A stretch of 64,000 nt of DNA, from NCBI GenBank assembly GCA_964057225.1, contig OZ059900.1, forward strand, positions 5,146,001-5,210,000, read 5' to 3'. The translations under genes and the position numbers were made by a program. Below the pieces are notes generated by a model that saw only the letters and a program-made list of their open reading frames with translations, had not been told where the DNA came from and made no database searches. How positions within the stretch are numbered: the stretch's first letter is position 1; every line of letters starts with the position of its first letter. Below, in pieces: positions 36,222-50,041 of this stretch. This DNA is from Auanema rhodensis. Taxonomy: Eukaryota > Animalia > Nematoda.

Positions 36222-39135
36222 GCTGTAGCTTTCGTCAAGGATTAAGCCATGCGAATGGCTCACAGACCAAAAAAAATTTTTTTTCCAACTTGTTTTTACG
36301 ATACTCTCAAAACATTTATCACACATTTTTAAAGAGTTTCAACATCTGAATTGAAAAAAAAAATTTTTTTTTTTTAAACTTGATTGAATCTGTCAGCGCT
36401 GTAGCTTTCCTCAAGAATTAAGCCATGCGAATGGCTCACAGTCCAAAAAAAATTTCCAAGTCCAAAAAAAATTTTTTTTCCAACTTGTTTTTACGATACT
36501 CTCAAAACATTTATTACACATTTTTAAAGAGTTTCAACATCTGAATTGAAAAAAAAATTTTTTTTTAAACTTGTTTTCACGATACTCTCAAAACATTTTT
36601 TACACATTTTTAAAAAATTTCAACATCTGAATTGAAAAAAAAATTTTTTTTTAACTTGATTGAATCTGTCAGCGCTGTAGCTTTCCTCAAGGATTAAGCC
36701 ATGCGAATGGCTCACAGTCCAAAAAAAATTTCCAAGTCCAAAAAAAATTTTTTTTCCAACTTGTTTTTACGATACTCTCAAAACATTTATTACACATTTT
36801 TAAAGAGTTTCAACATCTGAATTGAAAAAAAAATTTTTTTTTAAACTTGTTTTCACGATACTCTCAAAACATTTATTACACATTTTCAAAGAGTTTCAAC
36901 ATCTGAATTGAAAAAAAAATTTTTTTTTTAAACTTGATTGAATCTGTCAGCGCTGTAGCTTTCCTCAACGATTAAGCCATGCGAATGGCTCACAGTCCAA
37001 AAAAAATTTCCAAGTCCAAAAAAAATTTTTTTTCCAACTTGATTGAATCTGTCAGCGCTGTAGCTTTCCTCAACGATTAAGCCATGCGAATGGCTCACAG
37101 TCCAAAAAAAATTTCCAAGTCCAAAAAAAATTTTTTTTCCAACTTGTTTTTACGATACTCTCAAAACATTTATTACACATTTTTAAAGAGTTTCAACATC
37201 TGAATTGAAAAAAAAATTTTTTTTTAAACTTGTTTTCACGATACTCTCAAAACATTTATTACACATTTTCAAAGAGTTTCAACATCTGAATTGAAAAAAA
37301 AAATTTTTTTTTAAACTTGATTGAATCTGTCAGCGCTGTAGCTTTCCTCAACGATTAAGCCATGCGAATGGCTCACAGTCCAAAAAAAATTTCCAAGTCC
37401 AAAAAAAATTTTTTTTCCAACTTGTTTTTACGATACTCTCAAAACATTTATTACACATTTTTAAAGAGTTTCAACATCTAGATTAAAAAAAAATTTTTTT
37501 TTTAAAACTTGATTGAATCTGTCAGCGCTGTAGCTTTCCTCAAGGATTAAGCCATGCGAATGGCTCACAGTCCAAAAAAAATTTTTTTTCCAACTTGTTT
37601 TTACGATACTCTCAAAACATTTTTTACACATTTTTAAAGAGTTTCAACATCTGAATTGGAAAAAAAAAAATTTTTTTAAACTTGATTGAATCTGTCAGCG
37701 CTGTAGCTTTCCTCAAGGATTAAGCCATGCGAATGGCTCACAGACCAAAAAAAATTTTTTTCCCAACTTGTTTTCACGATACTCTCAAAACAATTTTTAC
37801 ACATTTTTAAAAAATTTCAACATCTGAATTGAAAAAAAAATTTTTTTTAAAACTTGATTGAATCTGTCAGCGCTGTAGCTTTCCTCAAGGATTAAGCCAT
37901 GCGAATAGCTCACAGTCCAAAAAAAATTTCCAAGTCCAAAAAAAATTTTTTTTCCAACTTGTTTTTACGATACTCTATAAACATTTTTTACACATTTTTA
38001 AAGAGTTTCAACATCTGAATTGAAAAAAAATTTTTTTTTTTAAACTTGATTGAATCTGTCAGCGCTGTAGCTTTCCTCAAGGATTAAGCCATGCGAATGG
38101 CTCACAGACCAAAAAAAATTTTTTTTCCAAGTTGTTTTTACGATACTCTCAAAACATTTATCACACATTTTCAAAGAGTTTCAACATCTGAATTGAAAAA
38201 AAAAATTTTTTTTTTTAAACTTGATTGAATCTGTCAGCGCTGTAGCTTTCCTCAAGGATTAAGCCATGCGAATGGCTCACAGACCAAAAAAAATTTTTTT
38301 TCCAACTTGTTTTCACGATACTCTCAAAACATTTTTTACACATTTTTAAAGAGTTTCAACATCTGAATTGAAAAAAAAAATTTTTTTTTAAACTTGATTG
38401 AATCTGTCAGCGCTGTAGCTTTCCTCAAGGATTAAGCCATGCGAATGGCTCACAGACCAAAAAAAATTTCAAAGTCCAAAAAAAAAATTTTTCCAACTTG
38501 TTTTTACGATACTCTCAAAACATTTTTTACACATTTTCAAAGAGTTTCAACATCTGAATTGAAAAATTTTTTTTTTTTAAAACTTGATTGAATCTGTCAG
38601 CGCTGTAGCTTTCCTCAAGGATTAAGCCATGCGAATGGCTCACAGACCAAAAAAAATTTCCAAGTCCAAAAAAATTTTTTTTTCCAACTTGTTTTTACGA
38701 TACTCTCTAAACATTATTTACACATTTTCAAAGAGTTTCAACATCTAGATTAAAAAAAAAATTTTTTTTTAAAACTTGATTGAATCTGTCAGCGCTGTAG
38801 CTTTCCTCAACGATTAAGCCATGCGAATGGCTCAGAGTCCAAAAAAAATTTCCAAGTCGAAAAAAAATGTTTTTTCCAACTTGTTTTCACGATACTCTCA
38901 AAACATTTATTACACATTTTTAAAGAGTTTCAACATTTGAATTGAAAAAAAATTTTTTTTTTAAAACTTGATTGAATCTGTCAGCGCTGTAGCTTTCCTC
39001 AAGGTTTAAGCCATGCGAATGGCTCACAGTCCAAAAAAAATTTCCAAGTCCAAAAAAATTTTTTGGAAATCAAGTTTTAAAAAAAAATTTTTTTTTTAAT
39101 CAGTTTTAAAAGTTTAAAAAAAAAATTTTGAGTTA

Positions 39136-39227
39136 CACCGAGTTACAAATCAAGATCACTTTCTTCGGATACTTAGGTGGTATAGTTAACTGTTCACATA
39201 AAATTGGAAGTCCTGGCTACCATGCAT
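39136..39227 (-). repeat. Inverted SatB fragment, cassette copy 2 (short-inversion type)
   Basis: Same 92-bp fragment and flanks as copy 1. Confidence 0.93.
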
Positions 39228-40291
39228 GGCTTAATCCTTGAGGAAAGCTACAGCGCTGACAGATTCAATCAAGTTTTAAAAAAAAATTCTTTTTTTAATC
39301 TAGATGTTGAAACTCTTTGAAAATGTGTAAATAATGTTTAGAGAGTATCGTAAAAACAAGTTGGAAAAAAAAATTTTTTTGGACTTGGAAATTTTTTTTG
39401 GTCTGTGAGCGCTGTAGCTTTCGTCAAGGATTAAGCCATGCGAATGGCTCACAGACCAAAAAAAATTTTTTTTCCAACTTGTTTTTACGATACTCTCAAA
39501 ACATTTATCACACATTTTTAAAGAGTTTCAACATCTGAATTGAAAAAAAAAATTTTTTTTTTTTAAACTTGATTGAATCTGTCAGCGCTGTAGCTTTCCT
39601 CAAGGATTAAGCCATGCGAATGGCTCACAGACCAAAAAAATTTTTTTTTCCAACTTGTTTTTACGATACTCTCTAAACATTATTTACACATTTTCAAAGA
39701 GTTTCAACATCTAGATTAAAAAAAAAATTTTTTTTTAAAACTTGATTGAATCTGTCAGCGCTGTAGCTTTCCTCAACGATTAAGCCATGCGAATGGCTCA
39801 GAGTCCAAAAAAAATTTCCAAGTCGAAAAAAAATGTTTTTTCCAACTTGTTTTCACGATACTCTCAAAACATTTATTACACATTTTTAAAGAGTTTCAAC
39901 ATTTGAATTGAAAAAAATTTTTTTTTTTAAAACTTGATTGAATCTGTCAGCGCTGTAGCTTTCCTCAAGGATTAAGCCATGCGAATGGCTCACAGACCAA
40001 AAAAAATTTCCAAGTCCAAAAAAATTTTTTTTTCCAACTTGTTTTTACGATACTCTCAAAACATTTTTTACACATTTTTAAAAAATTTCAACATCTAAAT
40101 TGAAAAAAAAAATTTTTTTTAAACTTGATTGAATCTGTCAGCGCTGTAGCTTTCCTCAAGGTTTAAGCCATGCGAATGGCTCACAGTCCAAAAAAAATTT
40201 CCAAGTCCAAAAAAATTTTTTGGAAATGAAGTTTTAAAAAAAAATTTTTTTTTAATCAGTTTTAAAAGTTTAAAAAAAAAATTTTGAGTTA

Positions 40292-40383
40292 CACCGAGTT
40301 ACAAATCAAGATCACTTTCTTCGGATACTTAGGTGGTATAGTTAACTGTTCACATAAAATTGGAAGTCCTGGCTACCATGCAT
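40292..40383 (-). repeat. Inverted SatB fragment, cassette copy 3 (long-inversion type)
   Basis: Same 92-bp fragment. Flanks carry the variants GGAAATGAAG and TTGAGAAAAG shared with copy 6. Confidence 0.93.
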
Positions 40384-42450
40384 GGCTTAATCCTTGAGAA
40401 AAGCTACAGCGCTGACAGATTCAATCAAGTTTTAAAAAAAAATTTTTTTTTTAATCTAGATGTTGAAACTCTCTGAAAATGTGTAAATAATGTTTAGAGA
40501 GTATCGTAAAAACAAGTTGGAAAAAAAAATTTTTTTGGACTTGGAAATTTTTTTTGGTCTGTGAGCCATTCGCATGGCTTAATCCTTGAGGAAAGCTACA
40601 GCGCTGACAGATTCAATCAAGTTTTAAAAAAAAAAAATTTTTCAATTCAGATGTTGAAACTCTTTGAAAATGTGTAAAAAATGTTTTGAGAGTATCGTAA
40701 AAACAAGTTGGAAAAATTTTTTTTTTGGACTTGGAAATTTTTTTTGGTCTGTGAGCCATTCGCATGGCTTAATCCTTGAGGAAAGCTACAGCGCTGACAG
40801 ATTCAATCAAGTTTAAAAAAAAATTTTTTTTTTCAATTCAGATGTTGAAACTCTTTAAAAATGTGTAAAAAATGTTTTGAGAGTATCGTGAAAACAAGTT
40901 GGAAAAAAAATTTTTTTTGGTCTGTGAGCCATTCGCATGGCTTAATCCTTGAGGAAAGCTACAGCGCTGACAGATTCAATCAAGTTTAAAAAAAAATTTT
41001 TTTTTCAATTCAGATGTTGAAACTCTTTAAAAATGTGTAATAAATGTTTTGAGAGTATCGTAAAAACAAGTTGGAAAAAAAATTTTTTTTGGACTTGGAA
41101 ATTTTTTTTGGACTGTGAGCCATTCGCATGGCTTAATCGTTGAGGAAAGCTACAGCGCTGACAGATTCTATCAAGTTTAAAAAAAAAATTTTTTTTTCAA
41201 TTCAGATGTTGAAACTCTTTGAAAATGTGTAATAAATGTTTTGAGAGTATCGTGAAAACAAGTTGAAAAAAAAATTTTTTTTGGACTGTGAGCCATTCGC
41301 ATGGCTTAATTCTTGAGGAAAGCTACAGCGCTGACAGATTCAATCAAGTTTAAAAAAAATTTTTTTTTTCCAATTCAGATGTTGAAACTCTTTAAAAATG
41401 TGTAAAAAATGTTTTGAGAGTATCGTAAAAACAAGTTGGAAAAAAAATTTTTTTTGGACTTGGAAATTTTTTTTGGTCTGTGAGCCATTCGCATGGCTTA
41501 ATCCTTGAGGAAAGCTACAGCGCTGACAGATTCAATCAAGTTTAAAAAAAAATTTTTTTTTTCCAATTCAGATGTTGAAACTCTTTAAAAATGTGTAAAA
41601 AATGTTTTGAGAGTATCGTAAAAACAAGTTGGAAAAAAAATTTTTTTTGGACTTGGAAATTTTTTTTGGTCTGTGAGCCATTCGCATGGCTTAATCCTTG
41701 AGGAAAGCTACAGCGCTGACAGATTCAATCAAGTTTAAAAAAAAATTTTTTTTTTCAATTCAGATGTTGAAACTCTTTAAAAATGTGTAAAAAATGTTTT
41801 GAGAGTATCGTGAAAACAAGTTGGAAAAAAAATTTTTTTTGGTCTGTGAGCCATTCGCATGGCTTAATCCTTGAGGAAAGCTACAGCGCTGACAGATTCA
41901 ATCAAGTTTAAAAAAAAATTTTTTTTTCAATTCAGATGTTGAAACTCTTTAAAAATGTGTAATAAATGTTTTGAGAGTATCGTAAAAACAAGTTGGAAAA
42001 AAAATTTTTTTTGGACTTGGAAATTTTTTTTGGACTGTGAGCCATTCGCATGGCTTAATCGTTGAGGAAAGCTACAGCGCTGACAGATTCTATCAAGTTT
42101 AAAAAAAAAATTTTTTTTTCAATTCAGATGTTGAAACTCTTTGAAAATGTGTAATAAATGTTTTGAGAGTATCGTGAAAACAAGTTGAAAAAAAAATTTT
42201 TTTTGGACTGTGAGCCATTCGCATGGCTTAATTCTTGAGGAAAGCTACAGCGCTGACAGATTCAATCAAGTTTAAAAAAAATTTTTTTTTTCCAATTCAG
42301 ATGTTGAAACTCTTTAAAAATGTGTAAAAAATGTTTTGAGAGTATCGTAAAAACAAGTTGGAAAAAAAATTTTTTTTGGACTTGGAAATTTTTTTTGGAC
42401 TGTGAGCCATTCGCATGGCTTAATCCTTGAGGAAAGCTACAGCGCTGACA
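40384..42450 (+). repeat. ~2.07-kb locally inverted block of SatA (about 11 monomers in + orientation)
   Basis: Monomers read in + orientation until the fold-back junction ...AGCGCTGACA/GTAGCTTTCC at 42450. Confidence 0.93.
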
Positions 42451-43118
42451 GTAGCTTTCCTCAACGATTTTTTTTTCAACTTGTTTTCACGATACTCTCA
42501 AAACATTTATTACACATTTTCAAAGAGTTTCAACTTCTGAATTGAAAAAAAATTTTTTTTTTTAAACTTGATAGAATCTGTCAGCGCTGTAGCTTTCCTC
42601 AACGATTAAGCCATGCGAATGGCTCAGAGTCCAAAAAAAATTTCCAAGTCGAAAAAAAATGTTTTTTCCAACTTGTTTTCACGATACTCTCAAAACATTT
42701 ATTACACATTTTTAAAGAGTTTCAACATTTGAATTGAAAAAAAATTTTTTTTTTAAAACTTGATTGAATCTGTCAGCGCTGTAGCTTTCCTCAAGGATTA
42801 AGCCATGCGAATGGCTCACAGACCAAAAAAAATTTCCAAGTCCAAAAAAATTTTTTTTTCCAACTTGTTTTTACGATACTCTCAAAACATTTTTTACACA
42901 TTTTTAAAAAATTTCAACATCTAAATTGAAAAAAAAAATTTTTTTTAAACTTGATTGAATCTGTCAGCGCTGTAGCTTTCCTCAAGGTTTAAGCCATGCG
43001 AATGGCTCACAGTCCAAAAAAAATTTCCAAGTCCAAAAAAATTTTTTGGAAATCAAGTTTTAAAAAAAAATTTTTTTTTTAATCAGTTTTAAAAGTTTAA
43101 AAAAAAAATTTTGAGTTA

Positions 43119-43210
43119 CACCGAGTTACAAATCAAGATCACTTTCTTCGGATACTTAGGTGGTATAGTTAACTGTTCACATAAAATTGGAAGTCCTGGC
43201 TACCATGCAT
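43119..43210 (-). repeat. Inverted SatB fragment, cassette copy 4 (short-inversion type)
   Basis: Same 92-bp fragment and flanks. Confidence 0.93.
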
Positions 43211-44275
43211 GGCTTAATCCTTGAGGAAAGCTACAGCGCTGACAGATTCAATCAAGTTTTAAAAAAAAATTCTTTTTTTAATCTAGATGTTGAAACTCTT
43301 TGAAAATGTGTAAATAATGTTTAGAGAGTATCGTAAAAACAAGTTGGAAAAAAAAATTTTTTTGGACTTGGAAATTTTTTTTGGTCTGTGAGCGCTGTAG
43401 CTTTCGTCAAGGATTAAGCCATGCGAATGGCTCACAGACCAAAAAAAATTTTTTTTCCAACTTGTTTTTACGATACTCTCAAAACATTTATCACACATTT
43501 TTAAAGAGTTTCAACATCTGAATTGAAAAAAAAAATTTTTTTTTTTTAAACTTGATTGAATCTGTCAGCGCTGTAGCTTTCCTCAAGGATTAAGCCATGC
43601 GAATGGCTCACAGACCAAAAAAATTTTTTTTTCCAACTTGTTTTTACGATACTCTCTAAACATTATTTACACATTTTCAAAGAGTTTCAACATCTAGATT
43701 AAAAAAAAAATTTTTTTTTAAAACTTGATTGAATCTGTCAGCGCTGTAGCTTTCCTCAACGATTAAGCCATGCGAATGGCTCAGAGTCCAAAAAAAATTT
43801 CCAAGTCGAAAAAAAATGTTTTTTCCAACTTGTTTTCACGATACTCTCAAAACATTTATTACACATTTTTAAAGAGTTTCAACATTTGAATTGAAAAAAA
43901 ATTTTTTTTTTAAAACTTGATTGAATCTGTCAGCGCTGTAGCTTTCCTCAAGGATTAAGCCATGCGAATGGCTCACAGACCAAAAAAAATTTCCAAGTCC
44001 AAAAAAATTTTTTTTTCCAACTTGTTTTTACGATACTCTCAAAACATTTTTTACACATTTTTAAAAAATTTCAACATCTAAATTGAAAAAAAAAATTTTT
44101 TTTAAACTTGATTGAATCTGTCAGCGCTGTAGCTTTCCTCAAGGTTTAAGCCATGCGAATGGCTCACAGTCCAAAAAAAATTTCCAAGTCCAAAAAAATT
44201 TTTTGGAAATCAAGTTTTAAAAAAAAATTTTTTTTTTAATCAGTTTTAAAAGTTTAAAAAAAAAATTTTGAGTTA

Positions 44276-44367
44276 CACCGAGTTACAAATCAAGATCACT
44301 TTCTTCGGATACTTAGGTGGTATAGTTAACTGTTCACATAAAATTGGAAGTCCTGGCTACCATGCAT
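44276..44367 (-). repeat. Inverted SatB fragment, cassette copy 5 (short-inversion type)
   Basis: Same 92-bp fragment, 1157 bp after copy 4. Confidence 0.93.
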
Positions 44368-45047
44368 GGCTTAATCCTTGAGGAAAGCTACAGCGCTGAC
44401 AGATTCAATCAAGTTTTAAAAAAAAATTCTTTTTTTAATCTAGATGTTGAAACTCTTTGAAAATGTGTAAATAATGTTTAGAGAGTATCGTAAAAACAAG
44501 TTGGAAAAAAAAATTTTTTTGGACTTGGAAATTTTTTTTGGTCTGTGAGCGCTGTAGCTTTCGTCAAGGATTAAGCCATGCGAATGGCTCACAGACCAAA
44601 AAAAATTTTTTTTCCAACTTGTTTTTACGATACTCTCAAAACATTTATCACACATTTTTAAAGAGTTTCAACATCTGAATTGAAAAAAAAAATTTTTTTT
44701 TTTTAAACTTGATTGAATCTGTCAGCGCTGTAGCTTTCCTCAAGGATTAAGCCATGCGAATGGCTCACAGACCAAAAAAAATTTTTTTTCCAACTTGTTT
44801 TCACGATACTCTCAAAACATTTTTTACACATTTTTAAAAAATTTCAACATCTAAATTGAAAAAAAAAATTTTTTTTAAACTTGATTGAATCTGTCAGCGC
44901 TGTAGCTTTCCTCAAGGTTTAAGCCATGCGAATGGCTCACAGTCCAAAAAAAATTTCCAAGTCCAAAAAAATTTTTTGGAAATGAAGTTTTAAAAAAAAA
45001 TTTTTTTTTAATCAGTTTTAAAAGTTTAAAAAAAAAATTTTGAGTTA

Positions 45048-45139
45048 CACCGAGTTACAAATCAAGATCACTTTCTTCGGATACTTAGGTGGTATAGTTA
45101 ACTGTTCACATAAAATTGGAAGTCCTGGCTACCATGCAT
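45048..45139 (-). repeat. Inverted SatB fragment, cassette copy 6 (long-inversion type)
   Basis: Same 92-bp fragment, with flank variants as in copy 3. Confidence 0.93.
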
Positions 45140-46453
45140 GGCTTAATCCTTGAGAAAAGCTACAGCGCTGACAGATTCAATCAAGTTTTAAAAAAAAATT
45201 TTTTTTTTAATCTAGATGTTGAAACTCTCTGAAAATGTGTAAATAATGTTTAGAGAGTATCGTAAAAACAAGTTGGAAAAAAAAATTTTTTTGGACTTGG
45301 AAATTTTTTTTGGTCTGTGAGCCATTCGCATGGCTTAATCCTTGAGGAAAGCTACAGCGCTGACAGATTCAATCAATTTTTAAAAAAAAAAAATTTTTCA
45401 ATTCAGATGTTGAAACTCTTTGAAAATGTGTAAAAAATGTTTTGAGAGTATCGTAAAAACAAGTTGGAAAAATTTTTTTTTTGGACTTGGAAATTTTTTT
45501 TGGTCTGTGAGCCATTCGCATGGCTTAATCCTTGAGGAAAGCTACAGCGCTGACAGATTCAATCAAGTTTAAAAAAAAATTTTTTTTTTCAATTCAGATG
45601 TTGAAACTCTTTAAAAATGTGTAAAAAATGTTTTGAGAGTATCGTGAAAACAAGTTGGGAAAAAAATTTTTTTGGTCTGTGAGCCATTCGCATGGTTTAA
45701 TCCTTGAGGAAAACTACAGCGCTGACAGATTCAATCAAGTTTAAAAAAAATTTTTTTTTCAATTCAGATGTTGAAATTTTTTAAAAATGTGTAAAAAATG
45801 TTTTGAGAGTATCGTGAAAACAAGTTGGGAAAAAAATTTTTTTGGTCTGTGAGCCATTCGCATGGTTTAATCCTTGAGGAAAGCTACAGCGCTGACAGAT
45901 TCAATCAAGTTTAAAAAAAAATTTTTTTTTCAATTCAGATGTTGAAACTCTTTAAAAATGTGTAATAAATGTTTTGAGAGTATCGTAAAAACAAGTTGGA
46001 AAAAAAATTTTTTTTGGACTTGGAAATTTTTTTTGGACTGTGAGCCATTCGCATGGCTTAATCGTTGAGGAAAGCTACAGCGCTGACAGATTCTATCAAG
46101 TTTAAAAAAAAAATTTTTTTTTCAATTCAGATGTTGAAACTCTTTGAAAATGTGTAATAAATGTTTTGAGAGTATCGTGAAAACAAGTTGAAAAAAAAAT
46201 TTTTTTTGGACTGTGAGCCATTCGCATGGCTTAATTCTTGAGGAAAGCTACAGCGCTGACAGATTCAATCAAGTTTAAAAAAAATTTTTTTTTTCCAATT
46301 CAGATGTTGAAACTCTTTAAAAATGTGTAAAAAATGTTTTGAGAGTATCGTAAAAACAAGTTGGAAAAAAAATTTTTTTTGGACTTGGAAATTTTTTTTG
46401 GACTGTGAGCCATTCGCATGGCTTAATCCTTGAGGAAAGCTACAGCGCTGACA
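45140..46453 (+). repeat. ~1.3-kb locally inverted block of SatA (about 7 monomers in + orientation)
   Basis: + orientation monomers ending in the same fold-back junction as at 42450. Confidence 0.93.
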
Positions 46454-49400
46454 GTAGCTTTCCTCAACGATTTTTTTTTCAACTTGTTTTCACGATACTC
46501 TCAAAACATTTATTACACATTTTCAAAGAGTTTCAACTTCTGAATTGAAAAAAAAATTTTTTTTTTAAACTTGATAGAATCTGTCAGCGCTGTAGCTTTC
46601 CTCAACGATTAAGCCATGCGAATGGCTCACAGACCAAAAAAATTTTTTTCCCAACTTGTTTTCACGATACTCTCAAAACATTTTTTACACATTTTTAAAA
46701 AATTTCAACATCTGAATTGAAAAAATTTTTTTTTTAAAACTTGATTGAATCTGTCAGCGCTGTAGCTTTCCTCAAGGATTAAGCCATGCGAATGGCTCAC
46801 AGTCCAAAAAAAATTTCCAAGTCCAAAAAAAATTTTTTTTCCAACTTGTTTTCACGATACTCTCAAAACATTTTTTACACATTTTTAAAGAGTTTCAACA
46901 TCTAAATTAAAAAAATTTTTTTTTTAAAACTTGATTGAATCTGTCAGCGCTGTAGCTTTCCTCAAGGATTAAGCCATGCGAATGGCTCACAGTCCAAAAA
47001 AAATTTCCAAGTCCAAAAAAAATTTTTTTTCCAACTTGTTTTTACGATACTCTCAAAACATTTATTACACATTTTTAAAGAGTTTCAACATCTAGATTAA
47101 AAAAAAAATTTTTTTTTAAAACTTGATTGAATCTGTCAGCGCTGTAGCTTTCCTCAAGGATTAAGCCATGCGAATGGCTCACAGTCCAAAAAAAATTTTT
47201 TTTCCAACTTGTTTTCACGATACTCTCAAAACATTTTTTACACATTTTTAAAGAGTTTCAACATCTAAATTTAAAAAATTTTTTTTTTAAACTTGATTGA
47301 ATCTGTCAGCGCTGTAGCTTTCCTCAACGATTAAGCCATGCGAATGGCTCACAGTCCAAAAAAAATTTCCAAGTCCAAAAAAAATTTTTTTTCCAACTTG
47401 TTTTTACGATACTCTCAATACATTTATTACACATTTTTAAAGAGTTTCAACATCTAGATTAAAAAAAAAATTTTTTTTTAAAACTTGATTGAATCTGTCA
47501 GCGCTGTAGCTTTCCTCAAGGATTAAGCCATGCGAATGGCTCACAGTCCAAAAAAAATTTTTTTTCCAACTTGTTTTTACGATACTCTCAAAACATTTTT
47601 TACACATTTTTAAAGAGTTTCAACATCTGAATTGGAAAAAAAAAATTTTTTTTAAACTTGATTGAATCTGTCAGCGCTGTAGATTTCCTCAAGAATTAAG
47701 CCATGCGAATGGCTCACAGTCCAAAAAAAATTTTTTTTTCAACTTGTTTTCACGATACTCTCAAAACATTTATTACACATTTTTAAAGAGTTTCAACATC
47801 TAGATTAAAAAAAAAATTTTTTTTTAAAACTTGATTGAATCTGTCAGCGCTGTAGCTTTCCTCAAGGATTAAGCCATGCGAATGGCTCACAGTCCAAAAA
47901 AAATTTTTTTTCCAACTTGTTTTTACGATACTCTCAAAACATTTTTTACACATTTTTAAAGAGTTTCAACATCTGAATTGGAAAAAAAAAATTTTTTTTA
48001 AACTTGATTGAATCTGTCAGCGCTGTAGATTTCCTCAAGAATTAAGCCATGCGAATGGCTCACAGTCCAAAAAAAATTTTTTTTTCAACTTGTTTTCACG
48101 ATACTCTCAAAACATTTATTACACATTTTTAAAGAGTTTCAACATCTGAATTGAAAAGAAAATTTTTTTTTAAACTTGATTGAATCTGTCAGCGCTGTAG
48201 CTTTCCTCAAGGATTAAGCCATGCGAATGGCTCACAGACCAAAAAAAATTTTTTTCCCAACTTGTTTTCACGATACTCTCAAAACAATTTTTACACATTT
48301 TTAAAAAATTTCAACATCTGAATTGAAAAAAAAATTTTTTTCTTGATTGAATCTGTCAGCGCTGTAGCTTTCCTCAAGAATTAAGCCATGCGAATGGCTC
48401 ACAGTCCAAAAAAAATTTTTTTTCCAACTTGTTTTTACGATACTCTCAAAACATTTATCACACATTTTTAAAGAGTTTCAACATCTGAATTGAAAAAAAA
48501 AATTTTTTTTAAACTTGATTGAATCTGTCAGCGCTGTAGCTTTCCTCAAGAATTAAGCCATGCGAATGGCTCACAGTCCAAAAAAAATTTTTTTTCCAAC
48601 TCGTTTTTACGATACTCTCAAAACATTTTTTACACATTTTCAAAGAGTTTCAACATCTAAATTAAAAAAAAAATTTTTTTTAAAACTTGATTGAATCTGT
48701 CAGCGCTGTAGCTTTCCTCAAGGATTAAGCCATGCGAATGGCTCACAGACCAAAAAAAATTTTTTTTCCAACTTGTTTTTACGATACTCTCTGAACATTT
48801 TTTACACATTTTTAAAGAGTTTCAACATCTGAATTGAAAAAAAATTTTTTTTTTTTTAACTTGATTGAATCTGTCAGCGCTGTAGCTTTCGTCAAGGATT
48901 AAGCCATGCGAATGGCTCACAGACCAAAAAAAATTTTTTTTCCAAGTTGTTTTTACGATACTCTCAAAACATTTATCACACATTTTTAAAGAGTTTCAAC
49001 ATCTGAATTGAAAAAAAAAATTTTTTTTTTTTTAAACTTGATTGAATCTGTCAGTGCTGTAGCTTTCCTCAAGGATTAAGCCATGCGAATGGCTCACAGA
49101 CCAAAAAAAATTTTTTTTCCAACTTGTTTTCACGATACTCTCAAAACATTTTTTACACATTTTTAAAGAGTTTCAACATCTGAATTGAAAAAAAAAATTT
49201 TTTTTTAAACTTGATTGAATCTGTCAGCGCTGTAGCTTTCCTCAAGGATTAAGCCATGCGAATGGCTCACAGACCAAAAAAAATTTCCAAGTCCAAAAAA
49301 AAAATTTTTCCAACTTGTTTTTACGATACTCTCAAAACATTTTTTACACATTTTCAAAGAGTTTCAACATCTGAATTGAAAAATTTTTTTTTTTTAAAAC

Positions 49401-49949
49401 TTGATTGAATCTGTCAGCGCTGTAGCTTTCCTCAAGGATTAAGCCATGCGAATGGCTCACAGACCAAAAAAAATTTCCAAGTCCAAAAAAATTTTTTTTT
49501 CCAACTTGTTTTTACGATACTCTCTAAACATTATTTACACATTTTCAAAGAGTTTCAACATCTAGATTAAAAAAAAAATTTTTTTTTAAAACTTGATTGA
49601 ATCTGTCAGCGCTGTAGCTTTCCTCAACGATTAAGCCATGCGAATGGCTCAGAGTCCAAAAAAAATTTCCAAGTCCAAAAAAAATTTTTTTTCCAACTTG
49701 TTTTCACGATACTCTCAAAACATTTTTTACACATTTTTAAAATATTTCAACATCTAAATTGAAAAAAAAAATTTTTTTTAAACTTGATTGAATCTGTCAG
49801 CGCTGTAGCTTTCCTCAAGGTTTAAGCCATGCGAATGGCTCACAGTCCAAAAAAAATTTCCAAGTCCAAAAAAATTTTTTGGAAATCAAGTTTTAAAAAA
49901 AAATTTTTTTTTAATCAGTTTTAAAAGTTTAAAAAAAAATTTTGAGTTA

Positions 49950-50041
49950 CACCGAGTTACAAATCAAGATCACTTTCTTCGGATACTTAGGTGGTATAGT
50001 TAACTGTTCACATAAAATTGGAAGTCCTGGCTACCATGCAT
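49950..50041 (-). repeat. Inverted SatB fragment, cassette copy 7 (short-inversion type)
   Basis: Same 92-bp fragment. The downstream variant ATGTTCAGAG is shared with copy 8. Confidence 0.93.
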
